This document shows positions 33,251-46,570 of a stretch of 64,000 bases of DNA, piece after piece (the stretch's first letter is position 1; the number at the start of each line of letters is the position of its first letter). The notes beneath the pieces are model-generated. The model worked only from the letters and a program-made list of their open reading frames with translations. It did no database searches and had not been told where the DNA came from. The position numbers and the translations under genes were made by a program. This stretch comes from Mobula hypostoma (taxonomy: Eukaryota), in NCBI RefSeq assembly GCF_963921235.1, contig NC_086120.1:26598001-26662000 (forward strand). The letters are read 5' to 3'.

Positions 33251-33385
33251 AACAATTCTCCTCAGTGTCATCTCCCTTTTGAATGAGCCAAACACCTTTT
33301 CTCCTGCTAATGTGGATGCTTCAGTGATGTTCCGGAAATGGCGAGACAGCAAAGGAAAGGATAGAGAATACGCAGAGATTATTAG
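33251..33385 (+). CDS. CDC34: CDC34 exon 4
   Basis: TILLSVISLLNEPNTFSPANVDASVMFRKWRDSKGKDREYAEIIR; 135 nt. Confidence 0.93.
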
Positions 33386-33484
33386 GTGAGTGCATAGTTT
33401 AAGTATCAGACGGGGAAGAAAAAGAATTGGTGGAATTATTCTGGAGAGAGCTTCCTTCACCAGAATCTTGGTTACAGTTTAAAA

Positions 33485-34140
33485 GGAATCAGGTTTAATA
33501 TCACTGGCTTATGTCGTGAAATTTGCTTTGCAACAGCAGTACAGTGTAGTACATTAAAACTGTGAATTACAGTGCATATAGTTAAAATAAGTACTGCAGT
33601 CATGTCCGTGGGTTCCAAGTCCATTCAGAAATCAGGTGGCAGAGAGGAAGAAACTGCTCCTGAATTGTTGAGCGTGTACCTTCAGACTCCTGTACCTCCT
33701 TCCTGATGGCAGCATTGAGAAGAGGACATGTCCTGGGTGTTGGAGGTCATCATTAAGGTCTTTAATGATTTGGTTCCTGAAGATGTACTGGATTCAATGG
33801 CTAGTGCCTATGATAGAGCTGACTGAGTTCACAGCTTCCTGCAGCTCTCTTTCGATCCTGTGCACCCTCCCCACTCTCCATGTACATCTGGAGAAATTTG
33901 TGTCTGTTGACATATCAAATCTTCCCAAGCTCATAATCAAATATAGCCTTCTTTGTAATTGCATCGAGATACGTTGGGTCCCAGGATAGATCCTCAGAGA
34001 TGTTCACACCCAGGAAAATTGAAATTGCTCACTCTTCTCCTCTTCTGATCCCTCTGAGAACTGTTGTGTGTTCCCTCGCCTTATCTTTATAGAGTCTACA
34101 ATCAAATCTTTAGTCTTGCTGACATTAAGTCCGAGGTTGT
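33485..34140 (-). mobile_element. L2/Rex-type LINE 3' fragment in CDC34 intron 4
   Basis: Similar to 1484-2645 (cttcagactcctgtacctcc...gagaagaggacatgtcctgg). Confidence 0.55.
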
Positions 34141-35618
34141 TGAATTTGGTGGTCAGGGATGAAGTGACTCAACTGTCTTGCGAGTGAATGCTTGGGTAAA
34201 AGTAACTATGGTATTGTGAAATTAGACTTAATATGGGATTTAAAAAAAAACAACAGGGAACAGTTATAAACTTGAGGTGGCCGTGGGCTAATCTTCATGG
34301 GACAAGAGGAAATTCAGCCAGGATGGGTGTGAATGCCTATGATGCAAATATCAGATTCGAGAACTGAAGATTAAAATATTATTGACGAAGAGAGAATGAG
34401 ACTAAATGAGCAGTTAGCAGACTCCAAGTATTTTTGACAATTTTTTTCCAAATAATTAGGTATTGAGTGGTAGATAGAATGATTTACCTGGTGTTGATGT
34501 TGTACATCCCAGGTTGCTGAGGGGAGTAGGAGTGAAAAGGCATATTCTTACATCTTACCTACGTACGCACAGGGGTACGAGACGATTAGAAAGTGACGAA
34601 TATCATTCTGATAGAGGAAGGTTTGTAAGAATATTCTGAATAGCCACAGACCAAATGACCTAACAGTGGCCTGTAGTGTGTATTGGAGGGTTGGGGGGGG
34701 GGATTTTAGGAAAGAACCAGAAAAGAAGCTGCGAAGGAGGTGGGTTGGTATCAATTATATGTATATGTGCATGTATGTGTCTACATACTCTTATGGAAAT
34801 GAATTGCAGATGAAATTTAACATGGAAAAGTTGGTGCAGAAGTTTGGAGAGTGCCAGTACAGATTTAACGGTGTAATTGTGTAACAGATTTAATCACCTC
34901 AGTGTACAAGTCAGAGGAACCTTTGATTTAATGTGCACAGATCTTTGACAATGACAAGGTATCTTGGGCTTTAAGTAGAGCAGAGATGTTATGCTGAGGG
35001 AGAACTTTCTATTTCATGAGAGATAATTACCTGCACCTTGTTACTTGTGTGGGTACTGGAGATGGTCGTTGATTCCCAAAAAAAATTGGATTGGCACTTG
35101 GGGAAAGTAAACTTTCAGTATTTAGTGGATAACAGGACTCTGTGGAGTGCTGACACTGTTGGCGATAGTTCAAATGGTCTGTGTTCTATTCAGAAATGTG
35201 TAGCTCTCTGGCTGGTGATGAAATGGGGTGGTGTGCATGAGCTGGTGCCAAGCAAGAGCACTGCACTGATCTTGCGGTTGGTGTCCTGTGATTGTTTAAT
35301 CAATAGGGATTGCTGAGTAGGCCAGGCTAACCGGAGCAGATTCAGAGACGGAGACCCAGACATCACTCTGAATCAAAGAATCTCTCTGTGTAAGTGGGCT
35401 GTATGTTGAGCTCGCTGCCTTGGTGCTTGAGACAAATACACATTTATCAGGTAACTGGGTAAAGACATGGGGAGAGAGCAGCAAAGGGATTCAGTGTAAT
35501 GGTGAGAGAAGGTTTTCCCTGTTATCGAGCTTAATCTGTAAATCCTGTACTGATCTATCATGGATTTGAATGGGAAAATGGATGACATGGACAAAATGTT
35601 TTTTTTAATCTTTCTCAG

Positions 35619-35835
35619 GAAACAGGTCTTGGCCACCAAGGCAGAGGCAGACAAGGATGGTGTGAAGGTGCCCACCACCCTGGCAGAGTATTGCGTCAAG
35701 ACGAAAGCTCCGCCACACGACAACAGCTCGGACTTGCTGTACGATGATCTGTATGACGATGACATGGATGACGAGGAAGATGGGGATGGTGATTTCTTTG
35801 ACGATGACGACGACTCAGGAAATGAGGAATCGTGA
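35619..35835 (+). CDS. CDC34: CDC34 exon 5 coding part (acidic tail); total 237 aa
   Basis: KQVLATKAEADKDGVKVPTTLAEYCVKTK...DDDDDSGNEES*. The five exons sum to 714 nt in frame. Confidence 0.93.
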
Positions 35836-38161
35836 CCAACAGCGGGAGGGGGCGACCAGCCGACCCCTGACCCCCAACCCTCTTCCTCCTTTCTGCCCCC
35901 TCCCCACCCACCTCCCCCCAACCCTTCTCCCAGGGCCAGTGGCTGCCCTGACTCTGGGACTGAACCCAATCCTGACACCCATGCTGCGACACTCGCCCGA
36001 CCCTCCCCCAGTAAATGTATTTGGGCTCTGAGTCGCAACAACGCTGCTCTTCCAGAACAAACTTTTCCTGCTGTGAGCCTGTGGCTGGGAGGGGGATGTG
36101 TGTGGGGGCGGGTGCTGTATTCCTGTCTTTGTTTCTGAAGTTGTGTCTTTTTTTTTTTTGAAAATCTGATGGTGAAACATTTATGGGGTGGTTATGGCAT
36201 TGCTCCATGTAATATGCTGATAAAGATTGTCTCTGGTGATACTTTCTAGCTAATAGCCAAACCCTTTCTTTCCCATGTACGTTGAAGGGATGGGGACAGA
36301 GTGGAAATGGCCCCAGTACTGGTGGGGTATGAAGCTCCACTGTATATCCTGGTCCTCCGACTTTGACACGTCCATAACACTGTCGAGCCGGCAGCCCAGC
36401 TGGGTTGTTTGGAGTTTCCTGGTGCCTGGGTACGCTTGTTTACCTCTGACAGCCTCTCCTGAGGAGTGAGCAGGAGATGGGGTGGGGAGGGGCATCTTTT
36501 CCATTTTTTTCCCCCCTTATTTGGCATATTCATTCATCAGAGATGGGTCTGAGAGAATTGTTAAAATTCACCCTCATTAGCTTATTCTGCCCTTGCCTTC
36601 TGGTTCCATTTGGTCTCTGCCCTCCCCACTCAGACCCATTGCTCTGGTCATTTGAAAGCTTGGGCATGTGGGTGCTCTCCCCACCTCACAGGTTGCTGGT
36701 GTAAGGATGCCTTTCCATCGCGGGTCTTGGATGTGAAATCGTTTACATTTAAGTTTTCTTTTGCAATTTACCTTTGGAGAAACTGTTTGAAATTGACTTG
36801 AATCAATTTATGCGCCCCCTTTCCCCACCTAACATCACACTCAAACTGTACTTGAACAAGATCTGGACCTGCAGGGCTACAGACCTAGAGATAGACTGGG
36901 GTGAGCAGCTCTTTCTTTGGTCTACAGGATGTGGGCCACCTGTCTACCTCCTGTGCCATTAAATTTCTATTCTTGCTGTTCAGCCTGTGGTGAAATTCTC
37001 TAAAGTATGACAGCAAGGGAGAAAAGAGATGAAAATGTCTCTGCTCTATTGTCTCGTGGTTCTTCCTCGACTAGTAAGCAGTGAGACACTTTTTGGGTGG
37101 GGTGGGGTTCTTTTATGCCTTAACACGCAGTACAAATGATTCTCCCAGCTCATCATTACTCCTGGATGGTTAATTAAATATTATGCATTTGTACAGATGC
37201 GTTAGCTCTCCTGTTAGAGACTGGTGCATCAACTTTGGGGCTTGGAGGTTGGGTGGGAAGTAAGGGAATTTCTAATGTGAGCATGAGAATTGAAGACTTA
37301 ATGATGGAACTTGCAAGCATGAGATGTGATTCTCCCCTCAAGGCATGGATAACACTTGTGTTTGTGCACAGCATGGCCAGAAACATGGTGTACCAGCTGT
37401 GCCCTGAGGAAGATGGCATTTGTACCCAAATGAATTTCTAATTATGGTTCAAGGCCTTGCCCAGTGGGGCTATGGGCCCAGACTCTGCTCTTGAAGATGA
37501 GGTTGCTGAGTCCCCCGAAATGCTGCTGGATGTCAGAGGTGGGCAGTGCGCTGGCAGAGAGGGAAGTACGGTTGACTCCATGCTGAGTGGAGAGGCTTTT
37601 AGTCTTAATCTGGAATAGCTGGAGTGTAGGCCTCTTGTCTGCACGTTCCACATCCAAACTCTGCAATTCTCAGTAGGGTGTCCAGCACCATTACCCCTGC
37701 TGGTCAGTAGGCTGCTAAGTGTGGACCGCCGTGGCAAGGAGACGACATGACGGTGGAGTGTCGGTGGTACTTGCTGTACCCCGTATGTCACCCTGCACAC
37801 AGTTGGGCGGCCAGCGGTTGTTTTCACTTGGAGTTTGGAGGTGGTTGTCGTTCACTGGTCACCTGCCACACTCAGTGAGCCCTCGCTGTCAGTGATTATC
37901 CTGATTGTACCCTCCAGTCATGGCAACTGCACCAGGTGGGGGCTGACTGTGTGGTCTCCGCTTTGCTAGCGGATGCCAGTGCTACTGATGGTGTGCGTGT
38001 GCACGCACTCCCTGCACTTAACCTGCGGAGTCTCAGGAGCCAACAGAACTCCTGTTACCAAGAGCGTGGGCCGCAGTTGCTTCGTCTGTGTTCACTGGCA
38101 GGAGCCACAAGTGATCCAGAATTTGGTTTTTAAGTCTTTTTATTTCTTTGTTTCTAAAACT

Positions 38162-38167
38162 AATAAA
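38162..38167 (+). terminator. Probable CDC34 poly(A) signal (3' UTR ~2.3 kb)
   Basis: AATAAA preceded by U-rich and followed by GU-rich sequence, at the end of an apparently repeat-free stretch. Confidence 0.6.
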
Positions 38168-40149
38168 GAACTTTTCAGGACACCGGTGAGTGTTTGTGTC
38201 ACTATGAAGCTGTTTCCAACCTCTGTCCAGTTTGAAAATGGTACTGGTTGGAGTCTGCCCCCCATTCTGATACCAGTTGAGGGTCGTGGTTATAACCCAA
38301 CTTCAGTTACTGAGAGGGAATTGATACATTTCTACTGCATTTTTCACCAGCACAGCCTCGCCAAGAGTTGGGCAAACACTGGAGGCTAATTTTTCCTTCC
38401 AAGGACTCAAAAACAGTGTTAGCATTAATTTATAGAAGATACAAAAAAGAATGAAAATTTGCAGTAATGTATTCAAATATCATATATGCAGGAAGAGAAA
38501 ACTAAAAGAATGAATTTAAAGGGCTGAAGTACCAAGAGGTTAGAGGTTATGCTGCAGCTACAGTTCTGCTCAGACTGCAGTCAGTAGTTTCAGATGGCTC
38601 ACCTAAATGATTTTCTGACCCTGGAACTTGCACACCATGAATTTATTGGGATGTTATTTGGACTCTTAATTATAAAATGATTCTGTACAAGAATTGAGTT
38701 GGATTAACTAGAGTTTAGAAGCTTGGGGAAAAAAATGTGAGGGTATAAAGGGGAACTGATAGTTTCTCTTATTCTGAGTTGGAAAATCTAAGAATAATGA
38801 GTAACTTTAGAAGTTTGGAGTTTTAATAAAAATAACTTGTATTTGTATGGTGACTTTAATTTCCCAATGATATCTGATAGCCCTTCAAAGTGTTTTTTTT
38901 TTGTGTGTTGTAATCCCACCACATACATGATTGAAAGCTTTGAATTTTTTTCTGCAGAAAGCCATTGTTTCATTCAACCTATTGGCATGTTTGATGGGGC
39001 TGAGATATGAAGAGATGGCATGATTTTCCCTGACGGCAAGAGGACATTCATCCCCCTTTACCAAAGTGCTTTTATGTAGGTTGAGGGATAAATATTAGCC
39101 TCGGAGTATTGTCAACAGCATTGTGGGATCATGTATGTAGCTCTGTGAGGTTAAAGTGAGCTTTGATATGCTATCGGGTCTTATCTGAAATCCATGGGAA
39201 AGATGTGTGCCTTCCCTAAGGGTTGAGACAGGAAGCTGAAATGGATGACAGCTTGTTGCATTGTGATGGTGAGAGTTCCACTCTGCTGGTTTCTGCACAA
39301 TGACGTGTAATACTATTACACCTGCCACCAGTCTGTTGGTACGTTCCCCCGTTTCCTCCGTGTGCTCCGGTTTCCTGCCACATTCCAAAAACATACAGGT
39401 TAGTAGGTTCATTGGTCATGCCAGTGTAATTGGGTGGCATGGGCTTGTTGGGACAGAAGGACTTGTTGGTGTGTTGCATCTACGATTAATAATAGATGAT
39501 CTGGCTGAAGCTGAAATTTGGGGGATAGAGAGAGAAAATCAACAGCTTTGGCAGATTGACTCGAGCGGCTTCACCTTGGACATTGGCACCTTTGTCAGAG
39601 AGCTTGGAGCCACTTTCTTCTCCCTGCCCCCATACCCCTCCCAAATGCAGCAGGTCTCCTTTTAATTTTGCTGTTCTGTGTCTGCCCACCTATCTCATGG
39701 GGTGCTATTCAAGGACAGTTTTCTCCCCTGGCACCTGGTGTTAGTGCAGCTGCGACTTGACAGATTTCTCAAACTGGCCAGTGGGAATGTGCTCAGTAGT
39801 GTTCACTACACCTTTGATTTGGGGTTTGGGGGATGGGATGCAGAGATAACATTCATAATTTACAGACATGGTTATCAGAATAGGCTTTCTTCCCATAGTC
39901 AACAATACTTTAAGAATATTGACCCTCTCAGTATTCTGGATTTCAGTCTCCTTACTTTTGCTGACATATGAACCTGTGTAGGAGACTTGTGAATCACAGC
40001 TAAATCACTGTGCCAAATTCTTGATGGATGATGGATTTGGAGCAAAGTTTGCAGAGGCTGGTGTTCCCCTTGGAACAAAGAAGTTTGAGAGGAATTTTGG
40101 TGAGGGGTTCTAGATCATGACAGGTTTTGAGAAGGTACAAACCATTACC

Positions 40150-41170
40150 ATTATAAACAAAAAAAAAAGTCTGCAGATGCTGGAAATCCAAAGCAACTTT
40201 CGCAAAATGCTGGAAGAACTCAGCAGGTCGGGCAGCATCTATGGAAGTGAATGGTTTTTTTTTTTTAGCTCAAACCCTTCTTCAGAACAGAAGCAGGGGG
40301 GGTGGTTGCTGGATTTAAAAAGTGACTGGGGGGGGGGTTGCCAGGGGAAGGAGGCTAGGTGGAAGGTGATAGATGAGCCAGGTGGGTGGGAAATGTCAAG
40401 GGCTGGAAAAGAAGGAAACTGATAGAGAGGAGTGGACCATAGGAGAAAGAGGAGGAAGAAGGGACCCAGTGCAAAGTGATAGACAGATGGGAAGAGGTAA
40501 AAAGCCAGTGGGAAATAGAGGGGAGGGAGGTGACATTTGTTTACCGGCAGGAGAAATCAATATTCATGCCATCAGATTGGAGGCTACCCAGACAGAATAT
40601 AAGGTGTTGCTCTTCCACCCTGAGGGTGGCCTCATCTTGGCACAAGAGGAAGCCATTAACAGAGTGCCCAAGGGATACTTTGCCAAAAGGTACATCATGA
40701 TAAATGTTTTAATACACCAGAGTAATTATAATATAGGAAATGCTACCTGACGAGTTGGTGACAAAGAGCCCTTTCAGAAAGTTTTGAGTAGTAATAATTT
40801 GGAAGGTTTTGGGAGAGGAGGGAAATTGACCTGGTATTATAATTCCAAGAGTGTTCTCTTACAAATGTTTAGATTCCAAGAATTCACCTCCCTCACGACC
40901 ATTCAGAAACCCAATGAGTCCTTCCAGCTGAGGCAACACTTCATCTGTAAGTCTGTTGGTCGTCTGCTGCCTTCGGTGTTCCCAGTGAAGCCTCCTGTAC
41001 ATTGGCGAGACCTGCCGGAGATTGGGGTGCTGTTCCATCGAGCACCTTCGTTTGGTCCACCACAACACAAGATTTCCCAGAGACTGCTCATTTCAATTTG
41101 ACTTCCCGTTTCCATTCTGACCTGCCAGGCCTTGGGCTCCTCTCCTTGAGGTTGGAGGAGCATGTTGGAA
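40150..41170. mobile_element. Penelope-like fragments in opposite orientations (40150-40650 and 40870-41170)
   Basis: Similar to 6700-7385: WRLPRQNIRCCSSTLRV and QKPNESFQLRQHFICKS. Confidence 0.65.
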
Positions 41171-41704
41171 CTCTTGTCTATCTGCTTGTTTGAATGTACT
41201 ACCAATGGGTGAGAGATCAGTGTCTACCATCTACAAAATAGGCTGCAGTTATTTACATAACCCATCCCAACAGCAGTTCCTAAACCTATCTCCCCCCACC
41301 CCCATTGCAATGACAATAGGGACAGTGGATACTTGTATGTTCCCTTCTAAGTTACACACCTACCTTATGTGGAAATAAGTTACGGGCTCTTCCTTAGATA
41401 ATACTGCAACTCTCTCCAGTAGCATGAGACTGCAGTAGGTCAACAAGGTGCCTCATCAATATCTTCTGAACAGTTGCTGCATTTCACGGCTACCTGGAAA
41501 AGATGAATTTCAGAGTTGTACTTTGATAATAAATGAACCTTTGGATGGGCAATGATGCCTGTAACAGCTAAAAATTAGATAACTTTTAAGATAGCTATCC
41601 AGAACAAGAATCTTGGCTGATTCCCTAATATTGTCTGGGCTATTGATTCAGAATTAATTAAAGGCTATACTTGTACTTAAATAATCTAAAACTGAGTAAT
41701 CTTT

Positions 41705-44700
41705 TTAACCATATAACAATTACAGCACGGAAACAGGCCATCTCGGCCCTTCTTGTCCATGCCAAACTCTTACTTCCACCTAGTCCCACCGACCTGCACT
41801 CAGCCCATAACCCTCCATTCCTTTCCTGTCCGTATATCTATCCAATTTAAATGACAACATCAAACCTGTCTCAACCACTTCTGCTGGAAGCTTGTTCCAC
41901 ACAGCTACCACTCTCTGAGTAAAGAAGTTCCCCCTCATGTTATTCCTAAACTTTTGCCCCTTAACTCTCAACTCATGTTCTCTTGTTTGAATCTCCCCCA
42001 TTCTCAATGGAAAAAGCCTATCCATGTCAACTCTATCAATCCCCCTCATAATTTTAAACACCTCTATCAAGTCCCCCCTCAACCTTCTATGCTCCAAAGA
42101 ATAAAGACCTAACTTATTCAACCTTTCTCTGTAACTTAGGAAATGAAAACCAGGCAACATTTTAGTAAACCTCCTCTGTACTCTCTCCATTTTATTGACA
42201 TTTTTCCTATAATTCAGTGACCAGAACTGTATACAATACTCCAAATTTGGCCTCACCAATGCCTTATACAATTTCAACATTACATCCCAACTCCTATTAC
42301 TCAATGCTCTGATCTATAAAGACCAGCATACCAAAAGCTTTCTTCACCATCCTATCCACATGAGATTCCACCTTCAGGGAACTATGCACCATTATTCCTG
42401 GATCCCTCTGTTCTACTGCATTCTTCAATGCCCTACCATTTACCATGTATGTCCTATTTTGATTAGTCCTACCACAATATAACACCTCACATTTATCAGC
42501 TTTAAACTTAATTTGCCATCTTTCAGCCCGCTCTTCTAAGTGGTGTAAATCTCTCTGCAAGCTTTGAAAACCTACTTCATTATCCACATCTGCATACTTA
42601 CTCATCCAATTTACCACCCCATCATCCAGATCATTAATATATATGACAAACAACATTGGACACAGTACAGATCCCTGAGGCACACCACTAGACACTGTCC
42701 TCCAATCTGACTCACAGTTATCCACCACTACCCTCTGGCGTCTCCCATCCAGCCACTGCTGAATCCATTTTACTACTTCGATATTAATGCCTAACGATTG
42801 AACCTTCCTAACTAACTTTCTGTGTGGAACCTTGTCAAAGGCCTTACTGAAGTCCATATAGATAATGTCTGCCACTTTACCCTCGTCAACTTTCCTAGTA
42901 ACCTCAACAAAGAATTTAATAAGATTTGTCAAACATGACCTTCCACGCACAAATCCATGTTGACGGTTCCTAATCAGACCCTGTCTATCCATATAATTAT
43001 ATATACCATCTCTAACAATACTTTCCATCAATTTACCCATCACTGATTCAAACTCACAGGCCAGTAATTGCTAGGTTTACTCTTAGAACCCTTTTTAAAC
43101 AATGGAACAACATGAGCAATACGCCAATCCTCCAGCACCATCCCTGTTTCTAATGACATTTGAAATATTTCTGTAGGAGCCCCTGCTATTTCCACACTAA
43201 CTTCCCTCAAAGTCCTAGGGAATATCTTGTCAGGACCCATAGACTTATCTACTTTTATATTCCTTAAAAGCGCCAGTACTTCCTCTTCCTTAATCATCAT
43301 ACTTTCTATAACTACCCTTCTTGTTTCTTTTACCTTACACAATTCAATATCCTTATCCTTAGTGAATACCGAAGAAAAGAAATTATTCAAAATCTTCCCC
43401 CATCTCTTTTGGCTCTGCACATAGCCATCCACTCTGATTCTCTAAGGGACCAATTTTATCCCTCACTATTCTTTTGCTATTAATATAACTATAGAAACCC
43501 CTTGGATTTATTTTCACCTTACTTGCCAAAGCAGCCTCATATCTTCTTTTAGCTTTTCTAATTTCTTTCTTAAGATTCTTTTTACATTCTTTATATTCCT
43601 CGAGCACCTCATTTACTCCAAGCTGCCTATATTTATTGTAGATTCTTCTCTTTTTCCGAACCAAGTTTCCAATATCCCTTGAAAACCATGGCTCTCTCAA
43701 ACTTTTAACCTTTCTTTTCAACCTAACAGGAACATAAAGATCCTGTACCCTCAAAATTTCACCTTTAAATGACCTCCATTTCTCTATTGCATCCTTCCCT
43801 TAAAACAAATTGTTCCAATCCACTCCTAAATTCTTTTGCATCTCCTCAAAGTTGGCCTTTCTCCAATCAAAAATCTCAACCCTGGGTCCAGTTCTATCCT
43901 TCTCCATAATTATATTGAAATTAATCATATCGTGATCACTGGACCCGAAGTGCTCCCCAACACATACCTCCGTCACCTGCCCAATCTCATTCCCTAACAG
44001 GAGATCTAACACTGCCCCTTCTCTAGTTGGTAACTCTATGTATTACTGCAAAAAACTATCTTGCACACATTTTACAAACTCCAAACCATCCAGCCCTTTT
44101 ACAGAATGGGCTTCCCAGTCAATGTGTGGAAAATTAAAATCTCCCACAATCACAACCTTGTGCTTACTACAAATATCTGCTATCTCCTTACAAATTTGCT
44201 CCTCCAATTCTCACTCCCCATTAGGTGGTCTATAATACACCCCTATAAGCATCACTGCACCTTTCCCATTCCTCAATTCCACCCAAATAGCTCCCTGGAC
44301 GAGTCCACTAATCGATCCTGCCAGAGCACTGCTGTTATATTTTCTCTGACAAGCAAATGCAACACCTCCCCCTCTTGCCCCTCCAATTCTATCACACCTG
44401 AAGCAACGAAATCTAGGAATATTTAGTTGCCAATCACACCCCTCCTGCAACCATGTTTCACTAATAGCTACAACATCATATTTCCAGGTATCAATCCATG
44501 ATCTAAGCTCACCCACCTTTTTTACAATGCTCCTAGCATTAAAATAGATGCATTTAAGAAACTCTCCCTCTTACTCTCTGTTTATCCTTAATGGAGCAAA
44601 CAACTTTGTTTGCAAAGATCTTTTTCTTCCTTCTCCCCTACATCTTCGGTCTGAGTGCTCCTGATCTCTGTCCCCTGCCTATCCTCCCTCACACACTGTC

Positions 44701-45530
44701 TCCTAGCTTTCTCTATTTGTGAACTAACCCCCTCTCTCCTAGTCTCTTCAATTTGATTCCCACCCCCCAACCATTCCGGTTTAAAGTCTCCTCAGCAGCC
44801 TTCGCAAATCTCCCCGCCAGGATATTGGTTCTCCGAAGATTCAAGTGCAACCCGTCCTTTTTGTACAGGTCACACCTGCGCCAAAAGAGGTCCCAATGAT
44901 CCAAAAACTTGAATCCCTTCCCCCTGCTCCAATCCCTTAGCCACGCATTTATCCTCCACCTCATTGCGTTCCTACTCTCACTGTCGCGTGGTACAGGCAG
45001 TAATCTCGAGATTACTACCTTTGCAGTCCTTCTTCTCAACTCCCTTCCTAACTCCCTATATTTTTCTTTCAGGACCTCTTTCCTTTTCCTACCTATGTCA
45101 TTGGTACCACGACCTCTGGCTCCTCTCCCTCCCACTTCAGGATACTGTATCTTAGACGCGATCAGAAACATCCCGGACCCTGGCACCAGGGAGGCAAACT
45201 ACCATCCGGGTCTCCTGACTGCGTCCACAGAATCGCCTACCTGACCCCCTAACTATCGAGTCCCCTATTATTACTGCCCTTCTCTTCCTTTCCCTACCCT
45301 TCTGAGCTACAGGGCCGGAGGCACGGCCACTGTTGCTTCCTCCAGGTAAACTGTCCACCCCCTCCCCCAACAGTACTCGAACAGGAGTACTTATTGTCAA
45401 GGTCACAACCACTGGGGTACTCTCTAGTACCTGACACTGACACTTCCCCTTCCCCCTCCCCCTCCTAACCGTGACCCACTTGTCTGCCTCCCGTGGCCCC
45501 GGTGTGACCACCTGCCTGTAATTCCTCTCT
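41705..45530 (-). mobile_element. Near-full-length CR1 LINE (ORF1 esterase + ORF2 APE/RT), frameshifted
   Basis: ORF1 SGNH motifs IGDSIVRG, GTND and DGLHLN. ORF2 motifs YDVVAISETW, GSSDH, QHGFVRGRSCLTNL, DFSKAFDKVPH, SGVPQGSVL and SKYAD. 3'UTR present. Confidence 0.93.
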
Positions 45531-46269
45531 AGAATTCTCTTTAGGAAGAATACATAATCTTTGGCAATAAAACAATCATTTACATACGCTGTATCATTAC
45601 ATTGATATCAATTATAACAGTATATTCAGATTTCAGGGTCACTATCTTCAAATGAAAAACGCCATTCTTTCAGCTGTTACAATCCTCCATACCGTTGATG
45701 CTTAATTGGATCAACGCGCCTGTGCAATAAAAATGCTCCAAAGACACGCCGGTAGATAAAATTGGCTGAGGTGAACTTTCCTTTAATTTAGATTGATTGT
45801 GAAAGGAATCAAACGGCAATTCATGAGCGTGAGATACAATAAATGGTAGGAGTACTGAAAAATAAGACCAGCGATCACTCCCGGAAGCTGGCGTGGTGCG
45901 GGTGGGATAAATGTACTTTTGCATCTGGTTAGAAGTACAGGGTGAGGACATTCAATAAGAAATGTAGGGATCTTGCCTGTGGATCCATTGCACAACACTT
46001 GGATGCTGCTTACGATACTCCGAATACACTGATGCATCATTTTTTTTCCGGTGTGTTAAAAAAACTAAACTCTCCAACCGGGAACGTCCGCGTGAAACTG
46101 AAATGACGAGAAACCTCTTTACTCAGGAGATTGTGAATCTTTCAACTTCTCTACCTTAGAGTAATTCAAAGTATTAGGGGTTGGATGGTACGTGTTTTGC
46201 AATAAAGATTAAACGTGACCTTACTGAGTAGTACGAGAGGCTCAGGGTTTGTATAGATAATTTATGTTA

Positions 46270-46570
46270 AATTTGATGCGGGATCCGGGATGCGGCAGCA
46301 AGCCGAGTCGGCTCGGTTGACTCGGTCTGAACGACTTCTCCCGTCCTCCCAGGCAAGGCCTCCTGCCAGCCGCTGACTGGAACCGTCGGCGGTGACCGGA
46401 GCCACCATCCGAACCATATCTGGGAGGTACTGGCCGGTCCTGCCTTGCGATTGGCTGGTGGGAGGCCGAGCTCGCGGAATGGTTAGATTGTTGTACCGGA
46501 AGCGGGGCGCCGCCGGGGCTGAGGAGCCGGAACCGAGAGACGGAGCGCGGGTCCCGGGCCGGAGCGGCGG
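46270..46570 (+). promoter_or_regulatory. SIN3B: SIN3B CpG-island promoter and probable non-coding exon 1 (ending 46570)
   Basis: CpG island at ~46270-47200, ATTGG at 46450, ETS-type CCGGAAG at 46496, donor CGG|GTGAGA at 46570/46571. Confidence 0.65.

Noticed and set aside
35373-36340. Antisense ORFs of 214-222 aa over CDC34 exon 5
   Set aside because: Shadows of the acidic coding tail and GC-rich 3' UTR.
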